From: an uncultured Clostridia bacterium
GTDB taxonomy: Bacteria; Bacillota; Clostridia; Christensenellales; Borkfalkiaceae
DNA: 64,000 bases
Direction of reading: 5' to 3'
Assembly (NCBI GenBank): GCA_947625695.1
Contig: CANQPO010000001.1
Location: forward strand, 1,838-65,837
Shown piece by piece: positions 57,101 through 64,000 of the stretch (position 1 is the stretch's first letter; every line of letters begins with the position of its first letter). The translations under genes and the position numbers were made by a program. The notes under the pieces are model-generated. The model saw nothing but the letters and a program-made list of their open reading frames with translations, did not search any database and was not told where the DNA came from.

Positions 57101-57625
57101 AATTGCAGATCTTACGGTTTGAAATTTCTTTCGCGTCCCATCCGAAATCAACGAAGATTGTTGAAGCTTCATTAAATAATTTTCAGCGTTCGGCGATTTC
57201 ATTGCTAACGCATGAAGCTGTTGCAATGCATCGACCGATCCCTTCGCAATGTACCCTGTAAACAATGCGATCTTATCGATTTCGTGGTTAAAACGTTCAC
57301 TCTTGTAATCATGCCAGGCGTCTTTAATCACCCGCAAAAAAGTTGTATCATTTTCGGAAACGGTCAAGCTATGCTTTATCTGGCAATACAGCCTCGCTCG
57401 GTTGTTCTTCCCAACGACCAACAGATCGTCCGTATTGATCCCAGATCTTTTTGTTTGGAAACAAACCTTTTCGATTGGTTGACGCAGGACGGGAACGGGC
57501 GTTCCGAGCAATAAAAAGAGCAAAAAGACAGCGTCGATCCGCGTCTCAAAGTTAGTTCCCCCGCCTCCCGTACTGAATGCATTTGAAGTTTTTATGTTCA
57601 AATCCGAAATCCGATTTTTTTCCAT
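54140..57625 (-). CDS. orphan 1161-aa protein: PD-(D/E)xK (Cap4/Mrr-like) N-terminal head + ~1000-aa uncharacterised, probably helical body
   Basis: STGGGGTNFETRIDAVFLLFLLLG followed by INTDDLLVVGKNNRARLYCQIKHS (D..D-x13-QxK). No GxxxxGK[ST] found. Start moved to ATG 57625 behind GGGAG, downstream of the predicted promoter. Confidence 0.6.
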   Translation of the reverse strand: MEKNRISDLNIKTSNAFSTGGGGTNFETRIDAVFLLFLLLGTPVPVLRQPIEKVCFQTKRSGINTDDLLVVGKNNRARLYCQIKHSLTVSENDTTFLRVIKDAWHDYKSERFNHEIDKIALFTGYIAKGSVDALQQLHALAMKSPNAENYLMKLQQSSLISDGTRKKFQTVRSAIQSADSSDTPSDEDLWGFFKVFHLVIFDLDFEASVNKDLLKTIIRCKTNCDKEFIWEKLVDFSQDCNQNPSDITLQNFDQELLELFRKDELRGPTELRRELSVDNFSNKLDDFTAKLALFGSWNDSNREDRKLIEEFFGLRFAEFQKKAQILLADGFPYMSKKDHIWEISDRKTLFKLSEKFYTDDDITKLFSCVRSVVFSHGRKKYADTGKTLIIHSNEQKTLSRTICNGILAGACIVCSDTPKFCTEETFETNKIQLVRTVFDAFGKDRLLCLGDALPYLAEIGGDSYLESLEELLSKDQSALKTEPQSENGYLFRDEICYLLWSIEALVWDPKTFLMAIRCFAELETICHDNDNSSNSPVNSMVSVLLPWYPQTLASVDLQKKAILSLCEEYPEIAQKVIKKLLPREREITAPIYKPRFSQLSIPESISLKDGQFGEMSSFLFEQAMLLSKDDPTSLSELVKYLFPFEMQQAGLLEKLNELGKTWSDEEKFHPWLALTELKYRLIENNCEERDPFFCTVVETIALLEPKDIFFKHQRLFVSFWNEYRIMEDYQRSYKEELAKKQELVQEIHTQYGIRGVMKFGRAVDRAEEICTLFGFGASMDTIRELLLYYKDIKRDRTLAFVALQSFLNQHGYATLLQIGLREELNDDLILDILTNFVYCDTLKSVMEALIPERKYDFWKKVKLPYGYMDGCDIDLKALLGSLVASERYTEIVNLLGNSPKIPSINVDLLYMSLEQAATATDADVLNPHAALKLIGFLQESDAFDLNRLSVIEWYYLPFFRDNSKIRPKALKLRLANSPAFFCQFIQMAFRKHHEVKVEKEEMNEGLSRRLFDLIFKFDVVPGMDENGVFHEDKFLSWTQEAIQWSIENDREDVTKNTIGNGLSYLPLDIEHPLPCSVLKFLNSKENKSVRAGYSMGIYNQRGVHIVDREGKEETILAKKYEDIADAVRAKGYSRFAETLDEIANHYIKEKEWNAKHDLDEE

Positions 57626-57675
57626 CCTAAAAACTCCCACCATGAATCGTTGCTTGCGACTGATCCACAATCATG

Positions 57676-57702
57676 ATTATAACATAAGAAAACCGTTGAC
57701 AA
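57676..57702 (-). promoter_or_regulatory. putative extended -10 promoter of the giant gene
   Basis: Reverse strand reads TTGTCA, 15 nt, then TATAAT preceded by TGT (TGTTATAAT). The short spacer makes this tentative. Confidence 0.4.
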
Positions 57703-57813
57703 ATTAAAGATTGACAACCGTGAGTTTTCTCGTCTTTCGAAGATATCGGTGTAAATGTCAAATTATACTTCCTAAGGGGACTTGAGCATTTTGTTGTCTT
57801 TTCGACTATAATA

Positions 57814-58968
57814 TCAATTTGTGAGCCCTTTATTCCCTGTGCCTAACATTTCCTGTACGCGTGTCTGGATAAATGCCTCGATGGTTTTCAGCCGAGCGGC
57901 GGGCAGATTGTACTTGGGGTGTTTTTCAAACTTGAAGTTGATCAGTTTGTGCAACTGATCTCTCTGTCTGTCAGATAAAAACCCATTGACCAACGCGTCA
58001 TAGGAAACACCTTCGAATGCGGGCATCCGCGTTTGCGCATACTTGTAGATGTCCTCCAGGTCGTCTTCCATCGCAAAGTTGAAAAGCGACAAACCATTAT
58101 CAAAGATCGGAGCCAATGCTATCGGCTTATTTGTCGCGTTGTCTACCAGCAAACCGAAATTTCCGAAATGCCTGTCGGTATTGCAGATCAGAGCATCGAA
58201 TATCATCATATCGGCGAACTCATCGTAATAACTGCCGCCAAGCGATTTCAAATACTCCACTGTCTTCGTCAACGTGCAATTCGGTAAAAATTTATGGATC
58301 GGAACATACGATGTATCGATGTCCGTAAACAACTCGCATGTAGAGCACAACTGCCCTTTCCATTTGGACAAGCCGTAAGCGACGTGTTTGATGCCCATTC
58401 TTTCTGCGATTTGTGCAGCATAGAATTCCGAATAAGGCTCCTTCCCCGCATTGGCCGCACCTGATGTGCCGCCTTTATAAAGATAAATTTTTTTGTTGAT
58501 CCTGCGCCAGCACTTTCTCAGCATACCATTCGTCGTATACTCAGGCGATGAAGTAAACCCTTTACGGGTATTGCTACCGTAACCTGTATATGCTATCAAA
58601 GCCAGAGTGCGGGCAAAACTGTTTTCATAAAGATTGTAGTTCGCAAATTTGCCGCTAAATCCTTCCTCGACGATCCAATAGCTGTCGTTAAGAGAAAGCC
58701 CTTTACACAGCCGAATTATCCCAAGCGTATCGTTCGTGGAAAGACCGCTCTTCGAGAGAATCTGATCGACGAACTCCCTGTTTTTAGGTATTACACGAGA
58801 TGACAACCACTTCGCAAGACCGTCGGAACTTAGAGTCAACCCAATCGGCAACAAGTGTTTCAACTCATCGTTTACCCAGTCAATTTGATAAACGATTTCA
58901 CCCAAACTTGTTCTGTCCATACGGAATCTTAAAAGTTCGGCGTCGTATTGTTTGAGTTCAAATGTCAT
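57814..58968 (-). CDS. HipA-like kinase without adjacent HipB
   Basis: ICNTDRHFGNFG catalytic loop and APIFDNG. Start ATG 58968 behind AGGAGGAA; the tracked 484-aa ORF is a spurious N-terminal extension. Confidence 0.8.
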   Translation of the reverse strand: MTFELKQYDAELLRFRMDRTSLGEIVYQIDWVNDELKHLLPIGLTLSSDGLAKWLSSRVIPKNREFVDQILSKSGLSTNDTLGIIRLCKGLSLNDSYWIVEEGFSGKFANYNLYENSFARTLALIAYTGYGSNTRKGFTSSPEYTTNGMLRKCWRRINKKIYLYKGGTSGAANAGKEPYSEFYAAQIAERMGIKHVAYGLSKWKGQLCSTCELFTDIDTSYVPIHKFLPNCTLTKTVEYLKSLGGSYYDEFADMMIFDALICNTDRHFGNFGLLVDNATNKPIALAPIFDNGLSLFNFAMEDDLEDIYKYAQTRMPAFEGVSYDALVNGFLSDRQRDQLHKLINFKFEKHPKYNLPAARLKTIEAFIQTRVQEMLGTGNKGLTN

Positions 58969-58982
58969 TTGATTCCTCCTTT

Positions 58983-59819
58983 TTACAGCGCTTCCAACAC
59001 GGTAAGCCGCGCTGCGGTCACGGGCAAGCCGTCTGCATTGAGTTGGCCGAGCGTCACGGCTTTGTTTTTTCCATGATAGTCGCTTCCGCCCGAGACGAAA
59101 AGACGATGCTCCTTGGCAATTTTTCCCAGCCTTTCGCTCAGCTCCACGGGGTACTTGGAATACCAACACTCCATCGCCCCGATCCCGATCTTCAGGAGCT
59201 CGGGAAGGACCGCCTCCATCTGTTCGAAGGTCAGGCTTCTTCCCTCCTCCCCCATCGGATGCGCCCAAACGGGGACGCCGCCCGACGCCAAAATCGCTTG
59301 GACGGAAACTTCGGCGTCTAACCTCGAAGGCGGAGTCGGAATTTCATCCAAAATACGGAACGCCGTCGGTCTGTCGGCTACGACGGAATACTTCATTAGT
59401 AAATTTGCAAGGTGCGGTTTGCCCACGCCGTCGATTTGGCGCAGCGGCGCAAATTCCTCTTCTGGGATCTTATCTGTAAACCGTTGAAGGGCTTCGATCC
59501 GCGCTTCCAATTTTCCGAGCCGAAGCAGTTTGGCTTTTTCCAACACTTCGACCATGGCGGGATGGTTCGGGTCGATGCCAAGCCCCAAGATGTGGCATTT
59601 TTGTGAGGTCGTCCGCGAGCTCAATTCTACCCCGGGGATAATACGCACGTCCGTCTGCAAAGAGGCAAACTCCCTTACGCCGTTCACATTGTCATGATCT
59701 GTCAATGCCAAAATACGGATTCCCAACTTAGTAGCATTCGATGCAAGCTCACGGGGAGAATCGGTCCCGTCCGACGCTGTAGAATGGGTATGCAGATCGC
59801 AAAAACAGTCTCTGCTCAT
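58983..59819 (-). CDS. PHP-domain phosphoesterase (TrpH/YciV-like)
   Basis: CDLHTHSTASDG, LALTDHD, GGSDYHG metal-binding motifs. Start ATG 59819. Host-like G+C, unlike its neighbours. Confidence 0.8.
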   Translation of the reverse strand: MSRDCFCDLHTHSTASDGTDSPRELASNATKLGIRILALTDHDNVNGVREFASLQTDVRIIPGVELSSRTTSQKCHILGLGIDPNHPAMVEVLEKAKLLRLGKLEARIEALQRFTDKIPEEEFAPLRQIDGVGKPHLANLLMKYSVVADRPTAFRILDEIPTPPSRLDAEVSVQAILASGGVPVWAHPMGEEGRSLTFEQMEAVLPELLKIGIGAMECWYSKYPVELSERLGKIAKEHRLFVSGGSDYHGKNKAVTLGQLNADGLPVTAARLTVLEAL

Positions 59820-60031
59820 TTTTGTCTCCATTGGAATTGATATATCTATTATAAACCGTATTCCGCCAAAAATCAATAGGACGGCAATTATTTCAAACAA
59901 GGCGGTTCATTCAAATGGAGAATTAAAGGAAAAGAGGCATACCAATGTAGCATATCTTTTTTCATAATGATATGCGAGCTTTTTTCAATGCTGATACTAT
60001 AGGTGCATGAAGGAGTTAGTTATTTGGATTA

Positions 60032-60358
60032 TCAAATCAGATTCCCTCTTAAGACCCGCTTATAATCAAGTTTTGCATTGAAGACTGCTTTGATATAGAC
60101 GGTATCGTCGCCCGTCTCGTAGGTATAGAAGATGAGATAATCTTTGTGTACGAGAAAGCGGAATCCTTGGCAGACGAGGTTTCTGTCGTTCGGGAGCGCC
60201 CCCGATTGCGGGAAGTCCGCAAGGCGGCCGCATTCCGCTTTCATTTCCGTGACGAATTTCACGGCGGTATCGGCATCCCTTGAGACGTTCAAAATGTCCC
60301 GCGCGATCTTCTTAAAGTCGCCGATCGCGGTTTCGGTCATCAGTACGTTGCAACGCAT
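60032..60358 (-). CDS. RelE/ParE-family toxin
   Basis: ~105 aa. The F.....P..G........G.R.......Y.I.Y pattern, placed 3 nt after the antitoxin gene. Confidence 0.7.
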   Translation of the reverse strand: MRCNVLMTETAIGDFKKIARDILNVSRDADTAVKFVTEMKAECGRLADFPQSGALPNDRNLVCQGFRFLVHKDYLIFYTYETGDDTVYIKAVFNAKLDYKRVLRGNLI

Positions 60359-60361
60359 GGC

Positions 60362-60649
60362 TCACTCCAAAATGGCTTTTACAATCTCGTCAAACGCGGT
60401 ATCGAGGGGCTTCACCCTTCCGAGACGAATATCGTCCTCCGATTGGGCCAAATGCGCATACAGTTCAAGCCGCTCTTTCATTTCTTCCAAAGCCGCCTGC
60501 TGGGCAAGAAAGTCTTCATGGCTCATGAGGACGGTGTCCTCTCTCCCGTTGACCGTGATGGCAACGGGGTTTTGCCTCGTCAGCGCGGAAAGTTGCCCGT
60601 AGTTGGTGCGAAGGTCTTTCGACGGACGGATAGAAATTCCGATTGACAT
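60362..60649 (-). CDS. Phd/YefM-type antitoxin
   Basis: SKDLRTNYGQLSALTRQNPVAITVNGREDTVLMS N-terminus. Start ATG 60649 behind GGAGGGAA. Confidence 0.7.
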   Translation of the reverse strand: MSIGISIRPSKDLRTNYGQLSALTRQNPVAITVNGREDTVLMSHEDFLAQQAALEEMKERLELYAHLAQSEDDIRLGRVKPLDTAFDEIVKAILE

Positions 60650-60750
60650 GGTTTCCCTCCTTTTGGTAGTCATATTATAACATAGTTTGTCTACCATGTC
60701 AAGAGTTTTATGCAAAATTCTGCTCTCGCAATCTTTAAAGTGTCAATAAG

Positions 60751-62493
60751 TTATAACCTATTTTCGCAGAAAATTTCCTCAGCCTTCTGCAAATTCTGAT
60801 TTAGTTCGACGAAATTCCCCTCGCCTTCATCTGCATTGGATTGAATGACCGACATCGCGCGATGAAATTCATCCTGGAAATGAAATTTTATTTTCAATTC
60901 ACCGTTCTCCTTGACATAGATCGTCTCGATCAGTTCGCTAAGCATATCTCTCGAGAGTTCCGTGACATTTTGATATCGCTTGAATGCCTCCACGAAATCG
61001 TTGTGTGCGAGATTTTCTTCTTCCGAAGCATATTGCTCACGAAGTTTTTCGATCCGCTCTTCGAGTGTGACTACTTGCTTTTTATAATCCTCTCGAAAAT
61101 AGAGATATTGCTCTTTGGTGAGGATATCGTTTTTAAGATCAAGATACAAGTCATTTTGAAGGCGAAGCAACTTATCCCTTTGTTTCTCGCACGTTCCGAT
61201 CTCCTTAGAAAGTTCCAAAAGCGCTCGTGCCTTGCTCGGACTCTCTTCGAGCTCTTGCAATAATTTCTCCATATTGAAAGCAATTCTGACGAGCATTTGG
61301 ATGGTCGTCAAGATGGTTTTCACAAGCTTTTTGACGCGGATCGCGTGTCGCGTGCATTGCCGCCACTGTTGATGTGTGCCACAGACAAAATAGTATAAAG
61401 GATTGTCGCCGTCCATACGGCCCGTGCGTTGCATAGCGCGGCCGCAATCGGCGCATTTTATCATTCCGACAAAGAGGGAGCCCGTAATAAAATCGTCTTT
61501 TATCTCCCTTGTCCCCTTTGCCTGCCATGTATCATGTCTGAAGCGCTCCTGCGCTTGCTGAAATGTTTTCGCAGTGATGATCGCCTCGTGCGTCCCCTCC
61601 ACGATGATAAAATTCTCCTTTGGAACTGATACAAGAGTTTTCAGCCTCGGACTGACTTTTCGGGATTTCCCCTGTATCATCTTTCCGAGGTACATTTCGT
61701 TTTGCAAGATCCTTCTGATCGTTTGGGACGACCACCCGCCGCTTTGATATGCAAGCTTATGGTTGCCCTTGATCCCTTTGAGCTGCTTATATTTCGTCGG
61801 ATTGGGGATCCCCCTCTCGTCAAGCTGTAACCCGATGTTGTAGATGCTGTATCCTTCCGTAAAGAGTTGATAGATGAGTTTGACAGTTTCCGCTGCCTCG
61901 GGATCGATGAGCAGCTTGTGCCGATCCTCCGGATCTTTCCGATATCCGTAGAGAGGAACTGAACCGAGATATTCTCCCCTCTTTTTCTTTGCCTGAAAGC
62001 TGCTTTTGATCTTGCGGGAGATGTCTTTGCAGTACTCGTCGTTCATTACGTTCTTAAAGGAGACAGACGCATTTTGACAGGATTGAGGATCTTTGTAACT
62101 GTCAATGTAATCATTTACCGATATGAACCGTACTTGGAGCAAGGGAAAAACCACTTCGAGATACCGCCCTGTTTCATAATAATTTCTTCCGAAACGCGAG
62201 AGATCTTTTACAAGAATGCAGTTGACCTTGCGATTTCTGACATCTTCCATCAGGTTCTTCAGACCAGGTCTTTCAAAATTTGAGCCGGTGAAGCCGTCGT
62301 CAATATAGAAATCGTACACACTGAGATCGTCATTTTTGGCCAGATAGCGGTCGATGATTTTTCTTTGGTTCACAATGCTGTCACTTTCGAGTTTGTCGCC
62401 GTCCTCGCGGGATAACCTAAGATATACCCCGCAACGCCATTCATGCGCCTCGGGAGTTGAACTTGTATATTTGCTGATTCTTCCTGCTGCCAT
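60751..62493 (-). CDS. large serine recombinase
   Basis: Resolvase domain (YLRLSREDGD, VKDLSRFGRN), recombinase domain, Cys-rich zinc ribbon (CADCG...C..H) and a coiled-coil tail. Confidence 0.9.
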   Translation of the reverse strand: MAAGRISKYTSSTPEAHEWRCGVYLRLSREDGDKLESDSIVNQRKIIDRYLAKNDDLSVYDFYIDDGFTGSNFERPGLKNLMEDVRNRKVNCILVKDLSRFGRNYYETGRYLEVVFPLLQVRFISVNDYIDSYKDPQSCQNASVSFKNVMNDEYCKDISRKIKSSFQAKKKRGEYLGSVPLYGYRKDPEDRHKLLIDPEAAETVKLIYQLFTEGYSIYNIGLQLDERGIPNPTKYKQLKGIKGNHKLAYQSGGWSSQTIRRILQNEMYLGKMIQGKSRKVSPRLKTLVSVPKENFIIVEGTHEAIITAKTFQQAQERFRHDTWQAKGTREIKDDFITGSLFVGMIKCADCGRAMQRTGRMDGDNPLYYFVCGTHQQWRQCTRHAIRVKKLVKTILTTIQMLVRIAFNMEKLLQELEESPSKARALLELSKEIGTCEKQRDKLLRLQNDLYLDLKNDILTKEQYLYFREDYKKQVVTLEERIEKLREQYASEEENLAHNDFVEAFKRYQNVTELSRDMLSELIETIYVKENGELKIKFHFQDEFHRAMSVIQSNADEGEGNFVELNQNLQKAEEIFCENRL

Positions 62494-64000
62494 TATTGTG
62501 CCTCCATGATCCCCATACTTTCGATCCGGTCAAGGAGCGGTCTGCACTCTGAAAAGAGATTTTGATTGGCAATAAGATATTCTACGACGCTATGGAATCC
62601 ATCGCGGAATTTGAAACTTATCTTCATCTTTCCGTCCCCATATACATCTATGATATCCACAAGTTCGATCAAGATTTCTCGCGTAAGCCTGTCAAATTTT
62701 TGATATTTCGTCATGCACTCTGCAAATTTGCTTACTTCCTCTTCCAGCGGTTTATCAAGCTGTTCTCTCAAAGCATCGAGAGACTTATTTATAGCGTGAA
62801 GGTCTGTTTCATACCGTTCTTTCAAGATTAGATACTGCGCTTTCGTGATAAGACCGCTTTTAAGATCGGGATAGAGATCCAATAAAATTTTTTCGGTTTT
62901 ATCCCTGTCTTTTTGTTTCGCTTCAATCAAACCCTGCATTTGTTGACGGGCAGATACCTTTTGAGGCGAGCGTTCTATTCTTTGGATCAATTCACTAATA
63001 TCGACCGAAAGGCTGATAAAAGATTTTAGAGCCATGAGAACGGTCGCTTCCAATATATCGGAGCGAACCGTATGACGGGAACATGCCGATTTTGTCTTGG
63101 AATCATAAGTGGAGCATGTGTAGTAATGATATCGTAATTGTGCTTCTTTTCGGCTCGCTTTTCGCTTGACAAGCGTATGCCCGCAATCGGCACATCTTAA
63201 AAATCCCGAAAAGAGAGCGAGTTCCTTCGTACTTGGAGAAATACGCTGATCTCGTTTCATGAGGTCTTGGATGTTCCAATAGAGTTCTTTGCTTATGATC
63301 GGCTCGTGATGATTTTCAACAATCACCCATCGGCTTTCATCGAGCTTGCGGATCTTATCGACCTTATGACTGACTTTTTCGTACTTCCCCTGAACAAGGT
63401 CCCCTGTGTACATCCTGTTCTTTAAGATGTCTCTTACGGATTGAACGCTCCAAAGACCGCAACCAAAGTCCTTGTGATAATTGGGGTATTTTTGACTCTT
63501 GTATTTGGCGGGGTTCGGGATTCCGAGTTCGTTCAAGCGAAAAGTGATAGCGCGATAGGAAGAACCTTCGAAGTACCATTGAAAGATGCTCGAAACAATT
63601 TTCGCGGCTTCCGGATCGATGAGGAGCGCCCCTTTATGTTCCGGATCGGTTTGATAACCATAGAGAGCAAATCCGCAGATATATTCTCCGTTTTCCCGTT
63701 TGGCAACGAAGGTGCTTCGGATCTTTTTAGAAATATCGCGGCAATATTCTTCGTTCATCACGTTCTTGAAAGAAACGGAAATATTGTCCATGGAAGCCGG
63801 TGCGGATATGCTGTCGATGTTGTCCAAAACCGAAATAAAGCGGACGTTCATGACAGGGAAAAACACTTCAAGATATCGCCCCGCCTCTAAGTAGTTCCGA
63901 CCGAATCTCGAAAGATCTTTTACGATAACGCAATTGATTTTTCCGAGGCGAATATCCTCTATCAAACGAAGAAATTCAGGTCTTTCAAAGTTCGTTCCCG
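62493..64000 (-). CDS. large serine recombinase, 5' end off the window
   Basis: VKDLSRFGRNYLEAG and CADCGH motifs. The frame stays open to nt 64000 (GTNFERPEFLRLIEDI...). Its stop overlaps the next start (TAATG). Confidence 0.9.
   Translation of the reverse strand, partial: GTNFERPEFLRLIEDIRLGKINCVIVKDLSRFGRNYLEAGRYLEVFFPVMNVRFISVLDNIDSISAPASMDNISVSFKNVMNEEYCRDISKKIRSTFVAKRENGEYICGFALYGYQTDPEHKGALLIDPEAAKIVSSIFQWYFEGSSYRAITFRLNELGIPNPAKYKSQKYPNYHKDFGCGLWSVQSVRDILKNRMYTGDLVQGKYEKVSHKVDKIRKLDESRWVIVENHHEPIISKELYWNIQDLMKRDQRISPSTKELALFSGFLRCADCGHTLVKRKASRKEAQLRYHYYTCSTYDSKTKSACSRHTVRSDILEATVLMALKSFISLSVDISELIQRIERSPQKVSARQQMQGLIEAKQKDRDKTEKILLDLYPDLKSGLITKAQYLILKERYETDLHAINKSLDALREQLDKPLEEEVSKFAECMTKYQKFDRLTREILIELVDIIDVYGDGKMKISFKFRDGFHSVVEYLIANQNLFSECRPLLDRIESMGIMEAQ

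Larger units (their letters stand above)
51237..60750. mobile_element. AT-rich accretion zone: apparently two decayed serine-recombinase islands with TA/defence-type cargo
   Basis: Visible drop in G+C. Recombinase 3'-end remnants at 51237 and 53687. Cargo is hipBA, a TIR gene, the giant nuclease-headed gene, a HipA-like kinase, PHP and ParE/Phd. Confidence 0.55.
60736..64000 (-). mobile_element. left end of an apparently intact integrative element (continues beyond the window)
   Basis: Two intact overlapping large serine recombinase genes whose 3' end abuts the junction TAAAGTGTCAATAAGTTATAAC. Confidence 0.6.

Noticed and set aside
54140-57625. Classifying the giant protein as an Avs/STAND NTPase
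   Set aside because: No GxxxxGK[ST] Walker A was found. The two GKT occurrences (ADTGKT, ELGKTW) lack the upstream Gly/Ala, and no Walker B-like hhhhDD follows them.
53237-57670. Reading the TIR gene plus the giant protein as a Thoeris-like sensor/effector pair
   Set aside because: The genes are convergent. They are separated by a recombinase remnant and coding debris, so they probably belong to different islands. The large protein shows no SIR2, SLOG or Macro features. It is kept only as a remote possibility.
58969-59268. 100-codon N-terminal extension of the HipA-like ORF
   Set aside because: It overlaps the 3' part of the PHP gene in another frame and is Gly/Arg-rich. A strong AGGAGG-ATG lies at 58968.

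Overview
This looks like a high-GC, spore-forming Firmicutes (Clostridia-like) chromosome segment; the taxonomy is inferred from gene content. About 0-51 kb is ordinary core genome. It holds a 5'-partial phage tail-fibre-like gene, tRNA-Trp, rnhA and a Na+-translocating biotin decarboxylase/transcarboxylase cluster. It also holds the conserved (aroH-)cmk-plsC-ispH/S1 block, htpG, csp, murC and a complete glycogen operon (glgB-C-D-A-P plus a GH13 enzyme). Further on are xer-like/hflX/lexA, sporulation and segregation genes (ytfI/J, dac, scpAB, lysA), a two-component system and a sugar ABC operon. From about 51.2 kb the sequence becomes visibly AT-richer and reads as a mobile/defence accretion zone. 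That zone contains hipBA and a TIR-domain gene broken by a 1-nt slip in an A-tract. It also contains an orphan 1161-aa protein with a Cap4/Mrr-like PD-(D/E)xK head and a long body with no P-loop. Next come a HipB-less HipA-like kinase coupled to a PHP phosphoesterase, a ParE/Phd pair, and two overlapping large serine recombinase genes that run off the window. The 3' end of the recombinase gene recurs as two decayed remnants, which suggests repeated integration at one site. A 193-bp copy of the PHP gene 5' end lies 15 kb upstream. Best candidate for something undescribed: the giant nuclease-headed protein, alone or together with the PHP/HipA-like pair. Other oddities are mosaic stacks of hairpin repeats in several intergenic regions, a recurring TACTATG-N5-CATAGTA palindrome, a tRNA 3'-end scar and an AroH-Cmk fusion. 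I saw no rRNA and no CRISPR array. All homology calls are from reading motifs by eye; no searches were run.
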